Source: an uncultured Acidimicrobiia bacterium
GTDB taxonomy: Bacteria; Actinomycetota; Acidimicrobiia; Spongiisociales; Spongiisociaceae
Length of the DNA stretch: 64,000 bases
Assembly (NCBI GenBank): GCA_958295745.1
Contig: OY282370.1
Span: 2,441,058 to 2,505,057 of the forward strand
Direction of reading: 5' to 3'
Shown: positions 56,107 through 64,000 of the stretch, piece by piece
Position numbering within the stretch: position 1 is the stretch's first letter
Layout: every line of letters begins with the position of its first letter
The notes under the pieces: generated by a model
What the model saw: only the letters and a program-made list of their open reading frames with translations
Databases searched by the model: none
Told to the model about the DNA's origin: nothing
Made by a program: the position numbers and the translations under genes

Positions 56107-57885
56107 ATGACCATAGAGGCAATCATGGTGCTGGCGATTCTCGTCGGAACGGTGGTTCTCTTCGTCTCCGAGAAATACCCGATCGATATCGTGGCGATCC
56201 TCAGCCTCGGGGCGTTGCTCGCCTTCGGTCTGGTCACTCCCCAGGAAGGTTTCTCCGGCTTCAGCAATCCGGCGACCATAACCGTAGCGGCGATGTTCGT
56301 CCTCAGTGCAGGCCTCCAAAAGACCGGCGCCACAGCCGAAGTGGGGCGGTTGATGATACGTTTCAGCCAGAACCATTTCATGGCCTTGGTGGTGGTCATG
56401 GTGACGATCACCGTCCTGTCGGCGTTCATCAACAACACCGCGGCGGTCGCCGTATTCATCCCCCTGGTGACAATCCTCGCCAAGCGGCGCAAGATCTCCG
56501 CTTCCAAGCTGCTGATCCCGCTTTCGTATGCCTCGCAGTTCGGCGGCGTATGCACCCTTATAGGTACGTCGACGAACCTGCTGGTCAGCTCGATCTCCGA
56601 ACAGGCGGGCTACGGCGGGTTCAGTATGTTCGAGTTCAGCCGGATGGGTCTGATCCTCTTCGCGGCCGGCGCCGGCTTCTTCCTGCTGATAGGAAGGTGG
56701 CTGCTTCCCGACCGCCGGGTGAGGACGCTCACGAGCACCTACCAGCTGGGCGAATACGTAACCGAGATGCGGGTCCGCAACAACTCTCCGTTGGTCGGGA
56801 GAACGGTGCTCGAAAGCAAGCTCGGAGAGGATTACGACATAACGGTGCTCCGTATCCTGCACATTGGAGAACCGGGCTGGGCACCCCTCCGACAGGTTCT
56901 CGAAAAGGATCATGTACTGCTCGTCCGCGGCGAGATCGGCGAGCTGATGCGCCTGCGGGACTCGATGCGGCTCGATCTCAACGTCAACTTCGAGCTGCGT
57001 GACGAGACGCTTCAGACCGAGGATCTGCGGCTGGTCCAGGCCCTGGTGGCGCCGGGGTCGGAACTGATCGGACACACCCTCAAGCAGTTGGACTTCCGCA
57101 ACCGCTACAAGGCGCTGGTCTTGGCGATGCAGCGGCGGGGAGAAACGATCAACGAAAAACTCAGCTCGGTCGTTCTCGGGCTGGGGGATACGATGCTGAT
57201 CCAGGCTCACGAGTCGCAGATCGGGGCGCTTCACAGCAACAAGGACTTCATCGTGCTCGACGAGCTGCCGGGGCCTAAACTTCGGCACAGGACCCCCCTC
57301 GTCCTCGGCATCCTGGTGGCTGTTGTAGGGCTGGCGGCCTTCGATATCCTCCCAATCGTGGTCACCGCATTGCTCGGTTGTCTGGCGATGATCTTTACCC
57401 GTTGTCTGCGATTGGAGGAAGCCTATGCCGCCATCAATTGGCAGGTCATCTTCCTCCTTGCCGGCATCCTTCCTCTCGGCATCGCTATGCAGAAGACCGG
57501 CACGGCCGAGGTGCTGGCGGAAAGAGCGGTAGGCTTGGTCGGCGGGCTGGGACCCGTAGCGGTGCTTGCTGTAATCTATCTGATGACAGCGTTGATAACC
57601 GAGACCATGAGCAATGCTGCTGCGGCGGTGTTGCTGGCGCCGATCGCCATCTCGACGGCGGAACAGATAGGCGTAGACCCTCGGCCGTTTCTGATGGCTA
57701 TCACCTTTGCCGCCTCGACCGGATTCTCGACGCCGGTCGGCTACCAGACGAACACTATGATCTACAACCCGGGCGGCTACAAGTATACGGATTTTCTGCG
57801 CACCGGTGTGCCGCTCAATATCCTGTTCTGGATACTTTCCGTGATCTTCATCCCGCTTCTCTGGAGCTTCGATCTGGGCGGGTAG
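56107..57885 (+). CDS. SLC13/CitMHS-family permease with two TrkA-C domains
   Basis: GFSNPA, SAFINNT, TLIGTSTNLLV, SNAAAAVL and TPVGYQTN motifs. Confidence 0.92.
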   Translation: MTIEAIMVLAILVGTVVLFVSEKYPIDIVAILSLGALLAFGLVTPQEGFSGFSNPATITVAAMFVLSAGLQKTGATAEVGRLMIRFSQNHFMALVVVMVTITVLSAFINNTAAVAVFIPLVTILAKRRKISASKLLIPLSYASQFGGVCTLIGTSTNLLVSSISEQAGYGGFSMFEFSRMGLILFAAGAGFFLLIGRWLLPDRRVRTLTSTYQLGEYVTEMRVRNNSPLVGRTVLESKLGEDYDITVLRILHIGEPGWAPLRQVLEKDHVLLVRGEIGELMRLRDSMRLDLNVNFELRDETLQTEDLRLVQALVAPGSELIGHTLKQLDFRNRYKALVLAMQRRGETINEKLSSVVLGLGDTMLIQAHESQIGALHSNKDFIVLDELPGPKLRHRTPLVLGILVAVVGLAAFDILPIVVTALLGCLAMIFTRCLRLEEAYAAINWQVIFLLAGILPLGIAMQKTGTAEVLAERAVGLVGGLGPVAVLAVIYLMTALITETMSNAAAAVLLAPIAISTAEQIGVDPRPFLMAITFAASTGFSTPVGYQTNTMIYNPGGYKYTDFLRTGVPLNILFWILSVIFIPLLWSFDLGG

Positions 57886-57961
57886 ATATACATTCCAAGT
57901 ATTGAAGTTCCGGTTGGGATCGATGGAGTCGGGTGAGCCGGTCTCCTGACCTCCGGAAGGG

Positions 57962-59383
57962 TCAGACGGGCGCGTAGCCGATGCCGAGGATCTCGGCGGT
58001 GCGGCGCAGGACGTCCCCATGGCGGCCCGGCAGCACCCCGGCGTGGTGGGTGGCCCCCGCCTCGCACCATCGGGCGAAGGCGTCGGCCACCTGGCCGGAG
58101 TCGAACCTGAACATGCCGTTCGGCCCTTCCATGGCATGGTGCTTCGAACCGATGATGCGGCCCTCGGCGCCCACCAGCACCCATCCTCCGGTGTGGTGGA
58201 GCGGGGTGAGGCTGATCAGGGTGGCCGGCCCTTCGGGGAGCTCGAAGGCGGTGGCCACGCCCGGACCGCGGTCCCCCATGTAGTGATCCTCGGGGAGGAG
58301 GCGCACCGTGGAGGATGGTGGGCGGATGGAAACATCGCCTTCCCCCCCGTTGGCAACCAGCAGCCAGTTGCCGGGGAAGTCCAGCTGGTAGAGCTCGCAG
58401 TACAGGGCGGATCCGGCCAGCTTCTTTCCCAGCGCCAAGGCGATGGCGGTGGGGATGTCCCCCGTACAGGCGAACGGGCGGCCCGCCTCGGCGCACAGGG
58501 CCGTACCCAGGCAGGCTGTTATACCCACCGCCGGGTTCCAGCGCAGCGCTTCGCCGTGGCAGTTCACCGCCCCGGCGGCGGCGTCGTGCTCTCGGCAGAG
58601 ACTTTCCATGGCGAGCGCCAATCGGGCCGAACGATCGAGGGTCTCGTCATCGACCGCGGCGGCGTCGCACCGGGCGCGCAGGCCGTCGATCAAGGCCCGG
58701 ACGCCGGCGTCGTCTACCGAGGCGAAGGCCGCGCCGATCTCCTCGGCGCCCACGTCCACCACCTCGACGCCCAGCTCCTCCAGCGCCTCGGGGGCCGCTT
58801 CCACGTCTATGTAGCCGGAGATCGGTTTGCCGATAGCCAGCAGCCGGGAGGACCTCACCAGGGCGGCCGCCGCCGCGGCCCGCAGGGACTCGCCGAGGGC
58901 ATCGTCCAGCTCCGGCGACCCGAACCGGTCGATCAGCGTCGTGAACCGCCGACCTTCCCGCACCAGCACGTTGGTGAACATGACCAAGCCCACCGGCAGG
59001 CTGCGGCGGGTGGCCTCCTCGGTGGCGTAGTCGTCAGGGATGTCCTCGTATTCCTGGGCGCCCACCGCCAACACCGGCGCCTCCGGGAGGCTGCGGACCG
59101 CCTCCCACCCGTAGCTGGGCGGCGCCGCCATCGTGGGGGCGAAGACGATCACCTCCACACCGGCGTCAGCGAACGCCCTGCCGGCCTCCCGGCCTGCCTC
59201 GTCGGAGTCCACCACCCCCGGGTAGACCACCGACCCGAACCGCTCCAACCGGTCTCGCACAGCCTCGGCGAAGGAGGTCCGGTCGCGGCGGAATTCGGGA
59301 GGCATGGCCGCGTCGAACAGCCCGAAGTACACCGACAGCAACCCGATCCTGAGCGGACGGTCCCGGTTGTTTTCCCAGGTCAT
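57962..59383 (-). CDS. L-fucose/L-arabinose isomerase-like protein (paralogue)
   Basis: GAVNCH, CTGDIPTA, NGGE, GPATL and GATHH motifs. Confidence 0.75.
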   Translation of the reverse strand: MTWENNRDRPLRIGLLSVYFGLFDAAMPPEFRRDRTSFAEAVRDRLERFGSVVYPGVVDSDEAGREAGRAFADAGVEVIVFAPTMAAPPSYGWEAVRSLPEAPVLAVGAQEYEDIPDDYATEEATRRSLPVGLVMFTNVLVREGRRFTTLIDRFGSPELDDALGESLRAAAAAALVRSSRLLAIGKPISGYIDVEAAPEALEELGVEVVDVGAEEIGAAFASVDDAGVRALIDGLRARCDAAAVDDETLDRSARLALAMESLCREHDAAAGAVNCHGEALRWNPAVGITACLGTALCAEAGRPFACTGDIPTAIALALGKKLAGSALYCELYQLDFPGNWLLVANGGEGDVSIRPPSSTVRLLPEDHYMGDRGPGVATAFELPEGPATLISLTPLHHTGGWVLVGAEGRIIGSKHHAMEGPNGMFRFDSGQVADAFARWCEAGATHHAGVLPGRHGDVLRRTAEILGIGYAPV

Positions 59384-59476
59384 GCCGGTATCCTCTCGAT
59401 TCACCGCGCCGGCCCGGGTCGTCGAGGTTCCATGGGCCGGGGGTGCGCTCCGGCCGTCATGTCTGCTGAACCCAAT

Positions 59477-60571
59477 CTAGATGCCGGGGACGGTTGCCAG
59501 GCCTCCGGTGCGGATGCTCTCGTAGGCGGTGTACACCACCTCGACCGAGCGGGCGCCGACGTCGCCCGGCGAGCGGTTGGGCGCGTCTCCGCCCTTGGTG
59601 AGCTCTATGAGGGTGTTGGGGGGGCCGTCGCACTGGTAGAGCCCGGCGTGCGGCGGCAGGTCGGCCTTGACATCCACCCCGTCCTCGCGGTAGTGCCAGA
59701 GGAAGTCTCGTTCGAGGTCGACGATCAGCTGGCCTTCGGAACCGTAGAGACGCACCTGCAGCTGGTGGCGGGGCCAGGGTTCGTCGGCTATGTCGCCCGC
59801 GCCGGCCTGGCCGGGGCAGCTGGCGCCGCTCACCGCCCCGGTGGCGCCCGACAGGTAGCGGATGGCGATGGCGTCATGCAGGTCGACGCGGGCCCCGGCG
59901 TTGTTCATCAAGGCGAACACGTCCTTGGCGCGCTCCCCGCTCAACCAGAGGGCGAGGCCCATGGCGTGGCTCAGCTGGGCCGGGGCGTAGCCTCCTCCGG
60001 AGACGGCCGGGTCGGTCCATGTGTCCCAGTCGGGCATGAAGTCGGCGGCGGAGCCCTCGTAGGCGCCGGTGGCCTTCAGCAGCTCTCTCGTCCCCGACGC
60101 CATGGTCACCAGGATGTGCTCGATCTCGCCCACGCCGCCGCCTTCGGTCATCATCCGTTTGGCCTCGATGACCGTGGGCCGGTAGTGCCAGCCGAAAGAG
60201 AGGACCAGATGACGGCCCAGGGCCTTAGCGGTGGCGTCGAGATCCCAGGCGTCGGCGGGGTCGATGGTGACCGGTTTCTCGCAGAGCACGTCGGCCCCGG
60301 CTTCAAGGGCGGCCTTGGCGTGTTCGTGGTGGAAAACCACCGGACTCGCCACCACCACCGCGTCCAGGTCCAGCTCCAGGGCTTCCCGGTAGTCCTCGGT
60401 GATGTGCTCGAACCCGAACTGGCTCTGCAGGAGCTCCAGGGCTTCCCGGCCTTTGCGTACCGCCGCCACCAGCTCCACGTCGTCCCGCTGCTTCAAGACG
60501 GGGATGTGGTTGCCGGCCGCCCATGAACCGGCGCCGATGACGCCGACCCTCACCCGATCGTTGGAACCCAT
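59477..60571 (-). CDS. Gfo/Idh/MocA family oxidoreductase
   Basis: VGVIGAG, DAVVVASP and LCEKP motifs; GGAGG RBS. Confidence 0.92.
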   Translation of the reverse strand: MGSNDRVRVGVIGAGSWAAGNHIPVLKQRDDVELVAAVRKGREALELLQSQFGFEHITEDYREALELDLDAVVVASPVVFHHEHAKAALEAGADVLCEKPVTIDPADAWDLDATAKALGRHLVLSFGWHYRPTVIEAKRMMTEGGGVGEIEHILVTMASGTRELLKATGAYEGSAADFMPDWDTWTDPAVSGGGYAPAQLSHAMGLALWLSGERAKDVFALMNNAGARVDLHDAIAIRYLSGATGAVSGASCPGQAGAGDIADEPWPRHQLQVRLYGSEGQLIVDLERDFLWHYREDGVDVKADLPPHAGLYQCDGPPNTLIELTKGGDAPNRSPGDVGARSVEVVYTAYESIRTGGLATVPGI

Positions 60572-60809
60572 GAACCCTCCAAATCGATATCGAAAGACTT
60601 GGGCCTGACAATACGGGGAGGCTCGGCACCATGCAACCGCCGCGCCCCCATGGGCGGCCCGCCCCGGGCGGTGGAACGGGGCCGGCGCCGGATGCACCTC
60701 GCCATGGCACGGCCATGATCGTTGGCCGGGGGTTCGGAGGGCAATGGCGGTTGGATCGGCCCGTTCTCGCTGTTCGTAGGCTGCGGCGGACCGCCCCCCG
60801 CTCCCTTTT

Positions 60810-62735
60810 CTACTCCTGGGAGTCGGGATCCGGCGCTGCGGTGGTTGTGGTGTCCGGATCGTCGGTGTCGTCCGGTGCGGGGTCCGGAGTGTCGTCCGCG
60901 GTGTCGTCCGGTGCGGGGTCCGAGGTGTCGTCCGGGGCGGGTTCGTCCGGTGGTTCGGGGCATTCCTCGCCCGTGTAGTCCTCCGAGTCTTCGGGTAGCA
61001 GGCAGGGGTGAACCTCGACGTGGCGCGGCCAGGGCCGGTAGCGCACCGTCCAGTCCTGGCCGGTTGTGGACCCGTCCGTGAAGGTCAGGGTTCGGGTCAC
61101 CTTGACCGACCATCCGTTTGCGCCTCCCTGGGTTTCCACCTCCCCGTCCCACGGCATCACCTCGGGGTTCGGGAAATAGACGGTGGGGAACTCGGTGGGG
61201 GCGAACCGCCCGGACACCTGGGAGGATATCAGCCGGTCCGAGTTGTTCCCGTACAGCTGCACGGTGATGGAGTCTCGTGTGTAGGAGGTTTTTATCACCA
61301 CCACCGACTCGGTGTCGTTGCGGAACACCAGGTCCGGCATGGGCCAGCTGATGGTGGCTTCGATTCCCTCCGGGTATCGGGAGAAGTAGTAGCTGTGGGG
61401 CCGGTGTTCGATGATCTCCAGCCCAGCCCAGTAGACCGCGTTGTAGAAGGTGGTGGCGAACTGGCTGACCCCGCCCCCCACCGTGTCGACGATCTCGCCC
61501 TTGATGATGGTGGGGGCCGGCGCGTAACCCGCCTCCAGGGTACGCATGCCCACCGTCTCGTTCAGCGACATGGTCTCGCCCGGCATCAGCATCCGGCCGT
61601 CCATATGATCGGCGAACAGCTGGATGTTGTTCACCCGCGGCTGGCCGGCGGGATGCATGGTGGTGAACTCGCTGATCTTGCTTATTCCTCCCAACCCGAC
61701 CAGTTCTTCGGCGGTGATTTCGGGTTCCACCCCCTCCTGGAGAGGGAGGACGGTGGTCCGGTTGGGCCGCCGGGCGGCCTGGATGGCGGCCTGGATGGCC
61801 AGGTCGGTGTCGATGACCGCCCCGGGGAACCCCGGAATGACGGTGACCTTTTCGTTGTCGTCGATGAACAGCCGGGCGCTCTCGGGCGCCGACACGAGCT
61901 CGGTTCTGGCCCGCTCGAGGTATCCATCGAACACGGCGGGGTCGAGGGTGACCGCCAGATGCGGACTAGGCGACCGTTCCACCCTGGTCACCAGGGCCCG
62001 GGCCATCTGATCCTCGTTCAAGACCAGGGTTACGTCGGGATCGGCCCTGGTCAGGGTGATGGGACCGTCGAGCAGGAGGAGTATCTCGTCGAAGGCCCGA
62101 TCGACGGCTGCGACGGACAGCACCGGTTGCTTCTCGATGACATCCAGCGTCACCGTTTCGGGCCTGGGCCGCTCGAACAGGGCCGCAGCGATGCGAGGTC
62201 CGGCGGTGGACCGGTCTATTGCTTGTCCGGAGCGCGGGTACTGGGGTATGGGGAGGGTTCCTTCGAGGGTTATCTTTCCTTCGACGGCGGCGCCGAGCGC
62301 CTGCTCGTAGCCGTCCAGCACCCGGGACAGGGCTTGCTCGTCTACGGTGCCCGAGACCGTGAGTGCAATGGTCGGCCCCGCCGCCGCGAACCAACCCCTG
62401 ACCGCCTCGACGACCGAGGGGGGCGAGCTTCCTGCCAGCGCCGCGTCCAGGAGGGCGTTCTCGTCGAGGTCGAAGCCGACTTCCGAGGGGAGCAGGTCGA
62501 ATCGGGCCCCTCCCGCCTCGATCCCTATCGGGGCGGAGGCCATCCGGCCTTCCAGGTCCTTCAGGGCGGCCAAGGCGTCGTCGCGGTTGAGGCCGGACAG
62601 ATCGAGGCCGTTCACCGAGTAGCCGTCGATGACCTGTTCCTGTCCGGTTCTCACAGCCAACAGCCCGACCGCGATCAGGCCCAGAACGACGATGGACCCG
62701 AGGGTGTAGAGGATTATGCGGAACGCTTTGGACAT
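60810..62735 (-). CDS. VanW-family protein with peptidoglycan-binding repeats and an acidic PAPDDT tail
   Basis: N-terminal TM; NETVG.RT, GGGVSQFATT.YNA, HSYYFSRYPEG.EAT and DLVFRND motifs. Confidence 0.9.
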   Translation of the reverse strand: MSKAFRIILYTLGSIVVLGLIAVGLLAVRTGQEQVIDGYSVNGLDLSGLNRDDALAALKDLEGRMASAPIGIEAGGARFDLLPSEVGFDLDENALLDAALAGSSPPSVVEAVRGWFAAAGPTIALTVSGTVDEQALSRVLDGYEQALGAAVEGKITLEGTLPIPQYPRSGQAIDRSTAGPRIAAALFERPRPETVTLDVIEKQPVLSVAAVDRAFDEILLLLDGPITLTRADPDVTLVLNEDQMARALVTRVERSPSPHLAVTLDPAVFDGYLERARTELVSAPESARLFIDDNEKVTVIPGFPGAVIDTDLAIQAAIQAARRPNRTTVLPLQEGVEPEITAEELVGLGGISKISEFTTMHPAGQPRVNNIQLFADHMDGRMLMPGETMSLNETVGMRTLEAGYAPAPTIIKGEIVDTVGGGVSQFATTFYNAVYWAGLEIIEHRPHSYYFSRYPEGIEATISWPMPDLVFRNDTESVVVIKTSYTRDSITVQLYGNNSDRLISSQVSGRFAPTEFPTVYFPNPEVMPWDGEVETQGGANGWSVKVTRTLTFTDGSTTGQDWTVRYRPWPRHVEVHPCLLPEDSEDYTGEECPEPPDEPAPDDTSDPAPDDTADDTPDPAPDDTDDPDTTTTAAPDPDSQE

Positions 62736-63125
62736 GGGGCTTCGCGGGATGGCCGACAACTGGATCGATCATACCCCCGAGGTAGGACAATTCACCGGTA
62801 ATGGGGCCTCGCGGATCATCCTGATATCGCTCATGAGCCGCCGTCCGCCCCCATGAGAAGCACGCCGCGATCCCTCGGCGCAACGGCCTGTCGGCGCACT
62901 CGGGAACGCCAAAATCCGCCGCCGGGTCTGCTGTAGATGCGGGCGGCCGCTCGCGAAAAACCGGCCGAGCCGCGCCGAGTCACATGCCCGCCCCCGCACA
63001 CGGGGTACACCCCCTTTCGTGAGGCAGGCCGCCGTGATCGGCGCAGAGGCGCTCCGGTTCCTCACACCGGCAAGCCCCGCAAGAACGCGAAGATACGCTG
63101 CTCCTCCCGCCTCTTCATAGGCGGG

Positions 63126-63182
63126 TAGATCGCGAAAAACGGCCCACCCCCCGCCTCCCCGCGGGCCCACCCCCACCGCCAT
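63126..63182. repeat. Dispersed GC-rich repeat, copy D (truncated where the IS110 begins); partial copy at ~62950-63000
   Basis: tagatcgcgaaaaacggccc...gggcccacccccaccgcc matches 1015-1075. Confidence 0.6.
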
Positions 63183-63189
63183 GCGTGTT

Positions 63190-63427
63190 TAACTGCTGGT
63201 GGATAGGCCCCCGGCGGGGAATGGCTCAACGCCGCCTGCCCAGCCATCCCTAGGGATGGCTGTGGCTTTTGAGGTGATCGCCTCCCCGCCGGGCCTTGCT
63301 GGGGTTCGGTAGTTGTCGCTTGATAGGAGCCTGAACGGCCCACACGTGTCGTGTTCCCTACGCATGGTTGCGCAATACCGGACCGGCCTACCGCCGGTAA
63401 GACCAGCAACCGAAAGGATACACCGAG
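63190..63427 (+). ncRNA. Candidate IS110 bridge RNA (non-coding left end)
   Basis: ~240-bp non-coding region before the IS110 ORF; outer stem cggcgggga/tccccgccg encloses the perfect hairpin cagccatccctagggatggctg, with internal loops. Confidence 0.5.
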
Positions 63428-64000
63428 ATGCCAACAGCAGGGATAGACTCCCACAAGGACACCCTGGCAGGCAATCCCCCTCCGGGGAATGGCACATCCA
63501 AGTCCACCGCAGGGATAGATTCTCACAAGGACACCCTGGCGGGATGTGTCATCGATTCGGCGGGACGGAGCATCGAGCGCCGGACCTTCTCGAACACTCC
63601 CGCCGGTTACCGCAGAGCAGCAGCCTGGTTACAGGCTCATGACGTCGGCCGGGTGGGGATCGAGGGGTCGGGCAGCTACGGGCGGCCTCTGGCGTTGTTC
63701 CTGATCAGCGTAGGCTGCGAGGTGGTGGAAGTGCCTCCCCAGATGACCGCCCAGGCCAGAAAACAACAGCGGAACCGCCCCAAGTCCGACCGCATCGATG
63801 CTTTGGCCATAGCCCGGGTAGCAGCCCGAGAGGACGACCTTCCGGTTCCTCGACCCCAAGACGCTCTGGAAGACCTGCGTGCGCTGGTGTTCTACCGGCG
63901 TGAGTTGGTCGAATCCCGCACCGCTGAGATCCGACCGCCTCCACGCCGACCTCACCCTGCTCTGTCCGGGCTACCACAACCTGTTGCGCTCGGGGTTGTT
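63428..64000 (+). mobile_element. IS110-family transposase/recombinase, frameshifted and running off the window
   Basis: Manual translation: MPTAGIDSHKDT..GIEGSGSYG..KSDRIDALAIAR (DEDD RuvC-like); one extra base near 63931 before RLHADL..CPGY. Confidence 0.85.

Noticed and set aside
54253-58137. 1294-aa minus-strand ORF
   Set aside because: Antisense shadow of the isomerase and SLC13 genes, typical of high-GC DNA.
58019-60526. 835-aa plus-strand ORF (and similar long ORFs such as 41829-44135, 9287-11287, 23452-25479)
   Set aside because: Shadow ORFs opposite genes with clear family motifs.
60810-62735. Vancomycin resistance locus
   Set aside because: VanW-domain proteins are widespread; no vanHAX/vanRS present.

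Overview
High-GC bacterial DNA, most likely Actinomycetota. The lipoproteins with Ala/Thr/Pro-rich linkers and the apparently leaderless genes suggest Acidimicrobiia, but this is inference. Most of the window is catabolic: two sugar-type ABC importer clusters, SDRs, cupins, a nitrilase, a cyclase, an enolase-superfamily enzyme, a PhyH dioxygenase, a five-gene corrinoid methyl-transfer operon, a two-subunit dimethylformamidase-like enzyme, a P450 with ferredoxin, and two fucose/arabinose-isomerase-like genes. A ~14 kb minus-strand DISARM-like defence operon (37084-51227) encodes an SNF2 helicase, an N6-adenine methyltransferase, a DEAH/DUF1998/nuclease fusion, an AAA ATPase and a PIN protein. 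The main find is in the methyltransferase. A perfect (ATCGG)24 microsatellite is followed by three tandem, diverged 35-codon copies of one putative target-recognition segment in two reading frames. Repeat number would therefore choose which cassette is translated, which looks like a slippage-driven specificity switch rather than a plain ON/OFF. Also present: tandem membrane-anchored heptad-repeat coiled-coil genes, a dispersed GC-rich intergenic repeat family, HicA and FG-GAP gene remnants, and a frameshifted IS110 with a candidate bridge RNA at the right edge.
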